Shown piece after piece: positions 10,354 to 20,367 of a stretch of DNA of 64,000 nucleotides (position 1 is its first letter; each line of letters begins with the position of its first letter). The stretch is taken from NCBI GenBank assembly GCA_963731265.1, contig CAVSUE010000001.1:1632001-1696000 (forward strand). The letters run 5' to 3'. Below the pieces are notes generated by a model, which worked only from the letters and a program-made list of their open reading frames with translations, ran no database searches and was not told the origin of the DNA. Origin of the DNA: an uncultured Verrucomicrobiae bacterium. GTDB taxonomy: Bacteria > Chlamydiota > Chlamydiia > Chlamydiales > Rhabdochlamydiaceae. Both the position numbers and the translations under genes were made by a program.

Positions 10354-10539
10354 TATACTGCTGACAGTTGAAAGTTATAGAAAATTTCCATTTCAGCACT
10401 TCAATTTTTTGTTTGTTGAAGAAGACCATGTGCAAGCACATGGTCGATGGAAACGAACAAAAAGGCCGTGGCAAAACCACGGCCGTAAGTGAAGATGCTG
10501 AAGCAGAAATTTTCATAACGTTCAAGTGGAAGCAGTATA
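10354..10539. repeat. Palindromic element family A, full copy
   Basis: TATACTGCTGACAGTTGAAAG...TTCAAGTGGAAGCAGTATA; related copies at 5334 and 5620. Confidence 0.85.
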
Positions 10540-11675
10540 TGTTCGGAAAACGGATTCATCTATTCACCATTACGGGAATTAAGATCGCCATCGATCTCAG
10601 CTGGTTCCTCATTGCCTTTCTGCTCGCTTGGTCGCTGGCGGCCGGCTATTTTCCCTTTTATTATCCGCAGCTCCTATTAAGCACTTATTGGGCAATGGGC
10701 GTCATCGGCATGCTTGGACTATTCGTCTGCGTGATTTTGCATGAATTGGGGCATGCAATGGTGGCCAAACATTACAAGCTTCCTATTAACCAAATCACCC
10801 TGTTTATCTTCGGCGGCGTCGCAGAAATCAAAAAGGAGCCGCAAACTCCCAAAATTGAATTTCTCATGGCGATAGCAGGGCCGATTGTCAGCCTCATTCT
10901 TTCCGGAGGTTTGTATCTTTTGACCCTCGCCGGCAGAAATGCGCAATGGCCGGTGCCCGTCATCGCTGTGACCAGTTACCTCGCGCTCATTAATTTTGTC
11001 CTTGCGATTTTCAATTTAGTCCCTGCCTTTCCTTTAGACGGAGGAAGGATTTTCCGTGCCATTCTGTGGTGGATCAAAAAAGATTCCGAATGGGCAACTA
11101 AGATCGCCTCGCGCATGGGAGCAGGATTCGGCATGCTCTTAGTTTTTTTCGGTATCTTCGCCCTCATTACCGGTAATATCATCGGCGGTGTCTGGTTTAT
11201 CATCTTGGGCCTCTTTTTACAAAGAGCTGCCGCGATGTCCCGTTCGCAGCATCTGGTTACCCATGAACTCCGCGGCGAGAAAGTCCAGAAATTCATGACA
11301 AAAAAGCCGATCAGCGTTCCTCCCAACGCCTCTATCAAGGAATTTATCGAAGACTATGTCTACCACACCTATCATCATCTTTATCCCGTCACCGAAAAAT
11401 CCACCTTGATCGGATACATCAGCCTAAGAGAAGTCAAAGCCATCCCCTCGGAAAAATGGGCAAAAATGTCCGTCCACGAAGCCATGGTCTCCACCTCTCG
11501 CTTCAAAACCATAACCCCCGAAACCACGGCTTTAGAGGCTCTGGACCTCATGAACCGCTCCGAAATGCCCATCATCCTCGTCGTGAAGGGAAAGCAATTG
11601 GTTGGCATTCTCACCGCTCAGGATCTGTTTAAGCTCATCTCAATAAAGCTTGAGTTGCAGAGCGATTCGAATTAA
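10539..11675 (+). CDS. Site-2 protease (M50) with CBS domains
   Basis: HELGH, LFIFGG, AIAGP, NLVPAFPLDGG, C-terminal CBS pair; likely start MFGKRIH. Confidence 0.92.
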   Translation: MFGKRIHLFTITGIKIAIDLSWFLIAFLLAWSLAAGYFPFYYPQLLLSTYWAMGVIGMLGLFVCVILHELGHAMVAKHYKLPINQITLFIFGGVAEIKKEPQTPKIEFLMAIAGPIVSLILSGGLYLLTLAGRNAQWPVPVIAVTSYLALINFVLAIFNLVPAFPLDGGRIFRAILWWIKKDSEWATKIASRMGAGFGMLLVFFGIFALITGNIIGGVWFIILGLFLQRAAAMSRSQHLVTHELRGEKVQKFMTKKPISVPPNASIKEFIEDYVYHTYHHLYPVTEKSTLIGYISLREVKAIPSEKWAKMSVHEAMVSTSRFKTITPETTALEALDLMNRSEMPIILVVKGKQLVGILTAQDLFKLISIKLELQSDSN

Positions 11676-11778
11676 CACATCGATCTAATTGACTGCAAAC
11701 AAGATGCTTACAACATATTTGCAATAATTAACAAACTAATGTATTATTGATATTAAAATAATTAATTTTAAGGATCAA

Positions 11779-13491
11779 ATGTCAGTACAATTTAACACAA
11801 CTCAATCCCAGTATTTTCCAGTTTCTTCTCCCTCTTCCTCCTCTCATCCATTAGAGGCAGTTAAGAATGAGCATAATCGAGCAACAATCGACAAGATCAA
11901 GAAATTCATCGATCAAGGCTTTAAAGTTTGCGTGTTCATTGGCCGAGGGCCAGCAGAGCCGCTGCCAGCGCCAGGTCACCCTAATGAGATTTGGGTCTCT
12001 CTGGATCCTTCCCTAAGAAGCACGGAAGAACTTCCCGCTGATCGATTGCATCTGATCCTCAGTTCCAATGACATTGCAGAGATGGCCTCCATTCAACATC
12101 TATTCTTCAGAGCGGTTGTCGATCAATCCACGATGAAATTTTTCGAACCGGGCGTCATTGATCGTTTGACCTCGCTATTGAATCATGTGGATTTAGACAA
12201 TTCACTGCTCTTTGAAAGCCTGATACATTACCTTTCGCCAGATCCCTCTATTCCAGACTGGAACTTCGATCACCATCACAATAGTATTGGTGTAAATGAA
12301 GAGAAAATAAATAGGGAATTAACAGAATATTATGAAGCTTCAAAAACCTGTTTAGACAATTTTATTCACGAAATCGGCGGGAAAGAAAAGCTCGATTGCA
12401 ATCCCCTTTACAAAGAATTTCTTTCTACACTTCCTGACTTGCTCGTCCAAGGATCCACAACTGAAGAATTGCTTTCCGTTTTTTCCCCTTGGCTTGCAAC
12501 GAAAAAAGGGATTCTATATCCCGATGAAAAATACATTTCTTTGGCACGGCAAAAAACGTTAGACTACCTGGACAAGCGTTATGACAACGTGGAGCTCAAG
12601 GCCAATACGCCTTATCCCTACTGGACAAATTACAGAGGCGATTATGATCATTTCTTCGTGGGGGCTGGAACCCTAGAGGGAATCAAAATGAGAAATAATG
12701 CAGCGGTCATCCGAAAGATTGTACAATTCGTTGCCGAAGGGAAAAAGGTTTCTCTCTTCATTGGCCGCGGTCCTGATGAGTCACTGCCAAATGATCCAAA
12801 TAAGGTTTGGGTGTCCCTTGATCCTTCATTGAGAAAATCCAAGGTACTCTCTTCAGATCGATTGCATTTGATCCTCAGTTGCAACGACAGTGCTGAGATG
12901 GCCTCCATTCAACACCTTTTCTCAGAAGTTGTCGTGGATCAGTCGACTTGGAAATTTTTCAATCCAGGCATCATCGATCGTTTGACGCCACTTTTAACGC
13001 AAGATGCGGAAAGCACTTTGGTTTTTGAAAGCGCATTTCAATTTACCAATACTAGCGACAAAATTGATGCTTGGAAATTCGATCACATCCAACTGACTAT
13101 TCCTACGAATGAAAAGATTCAGTACGCCAAAGAACGAAAGGATTGTCTGACCAACTTCCTCAAAGAAATCGGCGGAAAAGAGAACCTGGCCTCCCATGCG
13201 CTTTACCAAGAGTTTCTTCTTGGGATAGACATGACAAAGTTCCGGAGAGCGCCAACACCCGATCATTTACTTGATGGATTCCAACTATGGCTTTCGTTCA
13301 AGAAGGGAATCCAAACTCCCGAAGCCAAATATACCCCTTTAGCGCGGCAAAAAACTATGGATTACCTAAAAACGCTCTTAGATCACGTCGAACTTAAACT
13401 CGACACTCCCTACCCTTACGTGACAAGGGGTAGAACTGGCCACGATGATTTCTTCGTCGCTAAAGGTCCTAAGAGGGTTTCAATAAATTGA
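11779..13491 (+). CDS. Hypothetical protein with two tandem ~260-aa homologous domains and Ser-rich N-terminus
   Basis: Repeated FIGRGP..WVSLDPSLR..DRLHLILS..EMASIQHLF..VVDQST..LARQKT..TPYPY (11881-12663 vs 12700-13461). Confidence 0.8.
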   Translation: MSVQFNTTQSQYFPVSSPSSSSHPLEAVKNEHNRATIDKIKKFIDQGFKVCVFIGRGPAEPLPAPGHPNEIWVSLDPSLRSTEELPADRLHLILSSNDIAEMASIQHLFFRAVVDQSTMKFFEPGVIDRLTSLLNHVDLDNSLLFESLIHYLSPDPSIPDWNFDHHHNSIGVNEEKINRELTEYYEASKTCLDNFIHEIGGKEKLDCNPLYKEFLSTLPDLLVQGSTTEELLSVFSPWLATKKGILYPDEKYISLARQKTLDYLDKRYDNVELKANTPYPYWTNYRGDYDHFFVGAGTLEGIKMRNNAAVIRKIVQFVAEGKKVSLFIGRGPDESLPNDPNKVWVSLDPSLRKSKVLSSDRLHLILSCNDSAEMASIQHLFSEVVVDQSTWKFFNPGIIDRLTPLLTQDAESTLVFESAFQFTNTSDKIDAWKFDHIQLTIPTNEKIQYAKERKDCLTNFLKEIGGKENLASHALYQEFLLGIDMTKFRRAPTPDHLLDGFQLWLSFKKGIQTPEAKYTPLARQKTMDYLKTLLDHVELKLDTPYPYVTRGRTGHDDFFVAKGPKRVSIN

Positions 13492-13604
13492 GGTTCTGTC
13501 GATTTTTCGATTCTTTTGGCGTGGATTGTATCAACTTGCGTACAACTCCCCCGCAAAAGAATCGAAAATCGGCCAAAATAATCCAAAAACTCGACGACCT
13601 CTCA
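13489..13604. repeat. Palindromic element family C
   Basis: TGAGGTTCTGTCGATTTTT...AAAAACTCGACGACCTCTCA; core is the reverse complement of 57066-57170. Confidence 0.8.
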
Positions 13605-13655
13605 CTTTGTAGACATCCTCTAAACAATAGTTTTTATTTCAAAGAGTCATTTCCC

Positions 13656-13684
13656 TTGAAATAAGAGGGACTTTCCTATAGATT
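13656..13684 (+). promoter_or_regulatory. Putative sigma66/70 promoter of T3SS operon
   Basis: TTGAAA-17 bp-TAGATT upstream of cdsU. Confidence 0.4.
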
Positions 13685-13716
13685 GCGATGTGACCTGGGT
13701 GTGTTAGGATTGGTGC

Positions 13717-14790
13717 ATGGCAGAAAAATCAGAAAAGGCGACCCCGAAGAAGCTGCGAGACGCGCGCAAAAAAGGGCAGGTCGCCAAGGCGCAGGATTTC
13801 CCGTCGGCCTTCACATTCGTTGTCTCAATCGCTACGGTGATCATCAGCTCGGGATATCTTTTCCAGGTCCTGGCCTCCTATATCATTAGCATGTTCAAAC
13901 TCTCCGGAACAAATTTTGATATGCAAAACCGGGCAGCTGAGATTTTGACAGAAGCGATCCAAGTGATTTTCAATACAAGCATGCCCATCCTGGTCTTGAC
14001 AGCGTGCATCGGGGTTTTAACGAGTTTTCTCATTGTGGGTCCGGTGTTCTCTGCCGAGGCGATGAAGCCCGATATCAAGCGGCTCAATCCTGTGACCAAT
14101 ATTAAGAATCTCTTTAAGTTTAAGACTTTCTTTGAACTCTTAAAGTCGATTTTTAAGATTTCTGGCGCTCTGATCCTGATTTATTCCGTCGTCTGGTACA
14201 GTATTCCTGAAATTATTTCCACCGCAGCCCTGCCCGTCGAAGGAAGTGCCCTGGTCTTTTCCAATTTTTTGGTCAAGGTCATCATCCGGGTCGGAATTTT
14301 CTTTTTAGCGATCGCTATTTTTGACCTCGTTTTCCAAAAAAGAAATTTCGCAAAAGAAATGAAGATGGAAAAATTTGAGGTAAAACAGGAATTTAAAGAT
14401 ACGGAAGGCGATCCCCAAATGAAAAGCAAGCGGCGCCAAACCGCCCAAGAAATCGCCTACCAGGAAGGCCCCATGTCGGTGAAACGCGCTAAGGCCATCA
14501 TCACCAATCCTGTGCATATTGCTGTTGCCGTGGAATATTTTCCCGAGACAGAGCCGGCCCCAAAGATCGTCACGATGGGAAAAGGGACCGTCGCCGATTT
14601 GATTATCAAGATAGCCCAAGAAAATGGAATTCCGATCATGCGCAACGTCACTTTAGCACAAACCCTTTTTGAAAAAGGCAAAATCAGTGAATATATCCCT
14701 GAGGACACTTATCAGGCCGTAGCGGAGATCCTGCGCTGGTTGGAAGGCATCGAAACATTGGAGACATCAGGAGTGGAGCTATTTAAATGA
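13717..14790 (+). CDS. cdsU: T3SS export switch protein SctU
   Basis: EKATPKKLRDARKKGQV, KQEFKDTEGDP, TNPVH autocleavage motif. Confidence 0.95.
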   Translation: MAEKSEKATPKKLRDARKKGQVAKAQDFPSAFTFVVSIATVIISSGYLFQVLASYIISMFKLSGTNFDMQNRAAEILTEAIQVIFNTSMPILVLTACIGVLTSFLIVGPVFSAEAMKPDIKRLNPVTNIKNLFKFKTFFELLKSIFKISGALILIYSVVWYSIPEIISTAALPVEGSALVFSNFLVKVIIRVGIFFLAIAIFDLVFQKRNFAKEMKMEKFEVKQEFKDTEGDPQMKSKRRQTAQEIAYQEGPMSVKRAKAIITNPVHIAVAVEYFPETEPAPKIVTMGKGTVADLIIKIAQENGIPIMRNVTLAQTLFEKGKISEYIPEDTYQAVAEILRWLEGIETLETSGVELFK

Positions 14791-16919
14791 AAAATTTCTT
14801 TGATCGCCTCGCCCGAACGCTTGGGGGGGATAAAGCGCTTAACATCATCAATTCTTCCAGCGATATCCTCTTAGCGCTTTTCATCATCATACTTATTATG
14901 ATGATCATCATCCCCGTATCCCCTGGGGTCATCGACAACCTCATCGCCCTTAATATGACGATCTCGATTGTGCTCTTGATGGTTGCGCTATACATCCCGA
15001 GAGCTGTACAGCTCTCGATGTTTCCCTCGCTTCTTTTGATCACGACGCTTTTTCGCTTAGGGATTGAAATTTCAGCAACACGACAGATCCTGCTCCATGC
15101 CAACGCGGGGCATATTATTTTTGCGTTCGGGAATTTCGTCGTCGGAGGCAACTTTGTCGTCGGTGGCATCATATTCCTGATCATTACCATCGTCCAATTC
15201 ATCGTCGTCACCAAAGGCGCCGAACGCGTCGCCGAGGTCGCGGCCCGCTTTACATTGGACGCGATGCCCGGCAAGCAGATGAGTATCGATGCCGATATGC
15301 GCAGCGGGATCATCGATGCCGGCCAGGCGCGCGACCTTCGCCTTGCCTTGACCAAAGAGAGCCAGTTGTATGGAGCGATGGACGGTGCGATGAAGTTCGT
15401 CAAGGGAGACGTCATCGCCGGTATCGTCATCGCCATTATCAACATCGTTGGAGGTTTGATTATCGGGGTGGCTATGCACGGCATGACTGCCATCCAGGCA
15501 GCCCACACCTATACCCTGCTTTCTATCGGAGGCGGCTTGGTTGCACAAATCCCCTCTCTCTTGATCTCTTTGACGGCCGGTATCGTCACCACGCGTGTTT
15601 CTTCTGAAAAGAAAGATTCCCACTTGGGTAAAGAAATTTCCGGACAGCTTCTTAGCCAGCCCAAAGCGATCATGATCGCTTCAGCGGTGATATTCATGAT
15701 GGGATTCATCAAGGGCTTCCCTACATTGATCTTCATCTTCATCGCTATTGTTATGTTCAGCGTGGGCTTCACCGTTTGGTACAATGCCAGGAAAACGGCC
15801 GCAAAATCGCAGGCGGGGATGGGTTCCGGCAAAGTCCAGACGGATGTGGAAGGGCATACCGTCATACGCGGCGGAATGGACGATTATGCTTTAACGCTAC
15901 CGGTCATCCTCGAAGTGGGCAAATTGCTCTCCAATACAATCCGCAAAGAAAAACAGGGCACCACATTTATCGAGGACATGATCCCTAAAATGCGCCATGC
16001 CCTCTATCAAGACCTCGGCGTCCGTTTTCCCGGGGTACACGTCCGCACGGATGCCCCCTCTTTGGAAGGCGATGAATACTCGATCTACCTGAATGAAGTT
16101 CCCATTGTCCGTGGTAAGATCATTGAAAATGCGCTTTTGACCACGGAAACGCCCGACAATTTGCGTCGTTACAATATTCCTTTTACGACGACGAAGAACA
16201 ATATCGGGCAGCCGTCCGTATGGGTCGACAGCAAATATCAGGAAATTTTGCAAAAAGCCGGCATCAAATTCTGGAAGCCGCTCGATGTGATGATCTTGCA
16301 CCTGTCGTATTTCTATCGCCAGCATGCTGCGGATTTTATCGGCATCCAGGAAGTCCGCGGAATTTTAGAGTTCATCGAAAAATCGTACCCCGATCTCGTT
16401 AAAGAAGTCACGCGTCTAGTCCCTTTGCAAAAATTGACTGAGATCTTCAAGCGGCTTGTCCAGGAACAGATCTCCATCAAAGACCTGCGCACCATTTTGG
16501 AGGCCCTGTCCGAGTGGGCGCAAACAGAGAAAGATACTGTCCTGCTCACCGAATATGTCCGCTCATCCCTGAAACGGTACATCAGCTACAAATATTCCCA
16601 AGGACAGTCCATTTTGTCGGTCTATTTGCTCGACCCCGAAATTGAAGATATGGTCCGCGGTGCCATCAAACAAACTTCTGCGGGTTCCTATCTCGCTCTT
16701 GACCCAGATTCGGTGCAATTGATCTTGCACTCAATGCGGACGACTATTGTCCCCACGCCTGTGGGCGGCCAGCCGCCTGTCTTGCTCACCGCGATCGACG
16801 TGCGGCGGTTTGTGCGGAAATTGATCGAAGGCGAATATCCCGATATGGCCGTGGTCTCTTATCAGGAGATCGTTCCTGAAATTAGAATCCAGCCTCTTGG
16901 CCGCGTACAACTTTCTTGA
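14787..16919 (+). CDS. cdsV: T3SS export gate SctV (LcrD family)
   Basis: GAERVAEVAARFTLDAMPGKQMSIDAD, YGAMDGAMKFVKGD. Confidence 0.97.
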   Translation: MKNFFDRLARTLGGDKALNIINSSSDILLALFIIILIMMIIIPVSPGVIDNLIALNMTISIVLLMVALYIPRAVQLSMFPSLLLITTLFRLGIEISATRQILLHANAGHIIFAFGNFVVGGNFVVGGIIFLIITIVQFIVVTKGAERVAEVAARFTLDAMPGKQMSIDADMRSGIIDAGQARDLRLALTKESQLYGAMDGAMKFVKGDVIAGIVIAIINIVGGLIIGVAMHGMTAIQAAHTYTLLSIGGGLVAQIPSLLISLTAGIVTTRVSSEKKDSHLGKEISGQLLSQPKAIMIASAVIFMMGFIKGFPTLIFIFIAIVMFSVGFTVWYNARKTAAKSQAGMGSGKVQTDVEGHTVIRGGMDDYALTLPVILEVGKLLSNTIRKEKQGTTFIEDMIPKMRHALYQDLGVRFPGVHVRTDAPSLEGDEYSIYLNEVPIVRGKIIENALLTTETPDNLRRYNIPFTTTKNNIGQPSVWVDSKYQEILQKAGIKFWKPLDVMILHLSYFYRQHAADFIGIQEVRGILEFIEKSYPDLVKEVTRLVPLQKLTEIFKRLVQEQISIKDLRTILEALSEWAQTEKDTVLLTEYVRSSLKRYISYKYSQGQSILSVYLLDPEIEDMVRGAIKQTSAGSYLALDPDSVQLILHSMRTTIVPTPVGGQPPVLLTAIDVRRFVRKLIEGEYPDMAVVSYQEIVPEIRIQPLGRVQLS

Positions 16920-16924
16920 GAAAG

Positions 16925-17038
16925 TGAACCCAGGCCTTAAGGCCTGGGATTAAGTTGGGGCCGAGCTTTGTACTCGGCCCAACATTGTTTTTGAAAATAC
17001 CTGGCCCTTAAGGGCCCGGTTTCCGCCGGAGGACGGAT
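16925..17038. repeat. 114-bp multi-hairpin element family D, copy 1
   Basis: 6 mismatches to 39179-39292; CCCAGGCCTTAAGGCCTGGG and GGCCCTTAAGGGCC hairpins. Confidence 0.9.
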
Positions 17039-17043
17039 AAAAG

Positions 17044-18246
17044 ATGTCGGAAGATCTTACACCGTCAAGGATCCAACCTACGCAGCTCGACACGACAAGG
17101 ACACAAGCAGCAGCTGCCCAGCAGGCAGCCCGCGGCATGCTTGTCGCTCAAGAAGAAAGCGATTCAGGATTCCAATCCTGGATCGATGAAGGCGTCTTTA
17201 ATCCTACCGTTATGGCCAGACGTTTCGAAGTGCTGGAAAATAAGCGCAAACGCACATCACGCGAAGAAGAAGCTGAAAAAACGGAGCGGAAAGAAGAGGT
17301 TTTGCAGGTTCAGCGCTTAGAAGAGGTTGGCGAACAATTCAACCGAAAAAACCCTGAGCTGCAAACGCGATCTCTACTTCTACTCCGCACCCGTATCTCC
17401 CAAAGAGATTCTCGAGAAGAGATTTTGCGGAAGGTCCTCGAGATGTACCCCGATTATTCTCTTGCCGATGAAGCCCTTGATTTCTTGTTGATGACCACGG
17501 AAGGCGGCCTTGCTGAAGAAGTCCGGGCTGCCAAAAACGAGCTTAACACTCTTCACGGAAGAGAAGTCAAGGCCGGGCGCAATATGGCCGAACAAGCGCG
17601 GGAGTTTTCTAAACAAGGACTTGGAACACCGAGCGGCTTACGCAACCTTTATCGGGAGGTCACAGGCAATCCTCGCGACTCCAATACCCTTTTCAATGAG
17701 CTCACGAGCCAGTTCAATTTCGATAAAATGAAAACGGTGATCGATTTCCTCTTGCATTCGATGGGAGGAGACCTCAAATCGAAAGGTCCTTCCATCGACC
17801 GCGGAGAATTGCACCGCCTTCTTTCCGAGGCCCGAAAACTCCAAGGAATCCTGGGGATTTTCCGTTTCTTCAAATCCCGCATGAATCTGATCAGCGGCGC
17901 ATTCGACCGTCAAGGCTTGCAGCTGCCGATGCGCATCACCTTTGAAATGCTCGCCAAACAATTCATGAAAGCTGTCCAAGAACGTTATCCCTCCGCTGAT
18001 AAAATTCTGCAGCTAGCCGCCCAGCTCGGGCTATCCGAAGAGCTTCTCGCACAAGTGATCATCTTTACGCAGATGCGCGACGCCCTCCGTCAAATCGCTC
18101 CGAAGCTATTTAAGTCTGATCAGCACCGCCAGGACCTCCTCAATGCTTTTATCGACGCCATTGAAGATCTCGATGAGCGTCTTGAAGAAGAAGAAGGCGA
18201 AGACGAGGAAGAAAAAGAACAAGAAAAAGAGAAAGACAAATCATGA
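17044..18246 (+). CDS. copN: T3SS gatekeeper SctW
   Basis: Position between cdsV and scc1; YPDYSLADEALDFL, AGRN, DLKSKGPSI, QMRDALRQIAPKLF. Confidence 0.85.
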   Translation: MSEDLTPSRIQPTQLDTTRTQAAAAQQAARGMLVAQEESDSGFQSWIDEGVFNPTVMARRFEVLENKRKRTSREEEAEKTERKEEVLQVQRLEEVGEQFNRKNPELQTRSLLLLRTRISQRDSREEILRKVLEMYPDYSLADEALDFLLMTTEGGLAEEVRAAKNELNTLHGREVKAGRNMAEQAREFSKQGLGTPSGLRNLYREVTGNPRDSNTLFNELTSQFNFDKMKTVIDFLLHSMGGDLKSKGPSIDRGELHRLLSEARKLQGILGIFRFFKSRMNLISGAFDRQGLQLPMRITFEMLAKQFMKAVQERYPSADKILQLAAQLGLSEELLAQVIIFTQMRDALRQIAPKLFKSDQHRQDLLNAFIDAIEDLDERLEEEEGEDEEEKEQEKEKDKS

Positions 18247-18674
18247 CCGATCCATTCGAAGCATTGCTGCAAGAGCTCGGCGCAGAACTCGGCATAACCC
18301 TTCACCCTGACAGAAAGGGAGCTTGCAAGCTCAAAATCAATGAAACTTTCCACGTCCAGCTGGAATCTGATGGGCACCAGGAAAATCTCCTCGTAGCCGC
18401 TTTCGTTTGCGATGTGCCTCCCGGCAAATATCGGGAAAATATCCTCAGAGATGCCCTGAAAGCCAACTGGCCATTTCCCCAAAATGGAACATTGGCCTAT
18501 TCCGACCGGAATAATAAACTCGTTCTTTTTTCCTATTTTCGGATCGCGAATGTGAATGGAAAAAAACTTGCGGAATTTCTTACCGTCTTTCTCGATAAGG
18601 CTAATAATTGGCGCATCGGGGTAGAAACTGGCCATACAGCCCATCTCGTTCCTCCGCCCCTGAGAGGTCGTTAA
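18243..18674 (+). CDS. scc1: T3SS class I chaperone (SycE/CesT family)
   Basis: Small protein with PGKYRENILRDALKAN; conserved chlamydial order copN-scc1-malQ. Confidence 0.85.
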   Translation: MTDPFEALLQELGAELGITLHPDRKGACKLKINETFHVQLESDGHQENLLVAAFVCDVPPGKYRENILRDALKANWPFPQNGTLAYSDRNNKLVLFSYFRIANVNGKKLAEFLTVFLDKANNWRIGVETGHTAHLVPPPLRGR

Positions 18675-18675
18675 G

Positions 18676-20268
18676 ATGGATGCTCTCTCTCAAATTCTCC
18701 TCAATACGCCCAGTGGGAAAGCCTGGCAAAGAATAGGCATACGCAACCACCAAGGCATTAATTTTCCCTTATCCGCCCTCCACAGCGAAAATAGCTGCGG
18801 TATTGGAGATTTTTTCGACCTCCTTCCCATGATCGACTGGTGCCATCGCCTCAAAATCGATTTCATTCAATTGCTGCCTCTTAACGCCGCTCATTCGGAG
18901 GCCGATCCAAGCCCTTATAATCCCATTTCCTCTTGCGGCCTTAATTTTCTCTATCTCAGTCTTCACGCGTTGCCTTATTTAGAAAAATGCCCCCAGTTGG
19001 AAAAAAAACTTAAAGAGTTCAATAAAAATAACAACTCGTCGCGAATCAATTACCCTGAAGTCTTCGCCTACAAGGTTAACTGGCTTCGGGAATATTTCAG
19101 CGAAGTTGGCCAGGAGCTTTTAAACACGGACGATCTCCAACAATTCATCGCAAATCACGCATGGCTTAAACCTTATTCTCTATTCCGGGTTTTAAAAGAC
19201 CAGTTCAGAAATATCTCATGGAAGGCATGGCCGGAAGATGTTCGCCATCCCACCCCTGAAAAGCTTCAAGCGCTCTACGAAGAACACAAAGCGGATTTAT
19301 CGTTTTATATCGTGCTGCAATTTCTTTGCTTTAACCAGCTTAAAAAAGTCCGGGAATACGCTAATCTCAAAGGCGTTTTCCTGATGGGGGATCTCCCCAT
19401 TCTCTTAAGCCGCGAAAGCGCCGATTTCTGGCAGCATCCGGACTATTTCGACGACCATCTCGCCGCCGGCGCTCCTCCTGATTTTTACAATCCTTACGGG
19501 CAAAATTGGGGTTTTCCAATTTTCAACTGGGACAGTTTAAGAAACGATCATTTCTTCTGGTGGAAACAACGCCTCATGGTTGCAGAGATCTTTTTCGATA
19601 TCGTCCGCATCGATCACATCATTGGTTTTTTTCGCATTTGGGCAATCCCTCCCCGCCATCACAGCAAGGATGGTTACTACATTCCAGAAGATGAAACTGA
19701 ATGGGAATCGCAGGGACGAGAACTTTTAAAGATGATTGTCAATGCGACCCCCATGCTCCTCATCGGCGAAGATTTGGGGACAGTCCCGGATATAGTGCGC
19801 CCCATTCTAAAGGAAATGGGCATCTGCAGCACCAAAGTCATGCGGTGGGAAAGGAAACATGGAGAAGATATAAGGTACATTCCCCTGCAACATTACCCGC
19901 CGATCAGTATCACTTGCCTCTCCACGCATGACTCCGAAACATTGGCCCAGTGGTGGAAAGACTTCCCGGCCCAGGCTATGCCCTTGGCTGACTCGAAACA
20001 ATGGACCTATCAACCCGACCTCTCCGAAAAACAGCGGGAAGAGATTTTATGGGACAGCCACCACACTTCAAGCCTTTTCCATGTGAATCTCCTGCAAGAA
20101 TATTTAGCCTTATTTCCCGACCTGTCCTGGCCAAATCCCGAGGATGAACGGATCAATGTGCCAGGGACAATCTCAGTTAAAAATTGGAATTACAGGTTTA
20201 AGCCCTCTATCGAGACAATTCTATCGCATAAAGAACTTTTTTCAAAAATGGAAGAAATCCTCTTCTAA
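18676..20268 (+). CDS. malQ: 4-alpha-glucanotransferase (amylomaltase, GH77)
   Basis: QLLPLN, SPY, GDLPI, GAPPD, GQNWGFP, RIDH, GEDLG, THD, INVPG. Confidence 0.96.
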   Translation: MDALSQILLNTPSGKAWQRIGIRNHQGINFPLSALHSENSCGIGDFFDLLPMIDWCHRLKIDFIQLLPLNAAHSEADPSPYNPISSCGLNFLYLSLHALPYLEKCPQLEKKLKEFNKNNNSSRINYPEVFAYKVNWLREYFSEVGQELLNTDDLQQFIANHAWLKPYSLFRVLKDQFRNISWKAWPEDVRHPTPEKLQALYEEHKADLSFYIVLQFLCFNQLKKVREYANLKGVFLMGDLPILLSRESADFWQHPDYFDDHLAAGAPPDFYNPYGQNWGFPIFNWDSLRNDHFFWWKQRLMVAEIFFDIVRIDHIIGFFRIWAIPPRHHSKDGYYIPEDETEWESQGRELLKMIVNATPMLLIGEDLGTVPDIVRPILKEMGICSTKVMRWERKHGEDIRYIPLQHYPPISITCLSTHDSETLAQWWKDFPAQAMPLADSKQWTYQPDLSEKQREEILWDSHHTSSLFHVNLLQEYLALFPDLSWPNPEDERINVPGTISVKNWNYRFKPSIETILSHKELFSKMEEILF

Positions 20269-20367
20269 TAACCTGAAAACATGTTAATTCTTTTATTAAG
20301 TAGAAATATACTCTGAATAATATTATAATTAATAGCAAGAAATATCATTAATTTGCGCAGGTAAAAT

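Noticed and set aside
10368..10538. 57-aa extension of the M50 protease
   Set aside because: Lies wholly within element A with a TTG start and no SD; open frame noted but translation unsupported
14783..16582. Long antisense ORFs over cdsV (and similarly over infB, clpB, prs)
   Set aside because: Shadow frames of conserved genes with no recognisable motifs
16950..17138. Small ORFs sharing GGNxALKGxVFSKTMLGRVxSSAPT (also 39204-39518)
   Set aside because: Similarity is just element D read antisense to copN and truA
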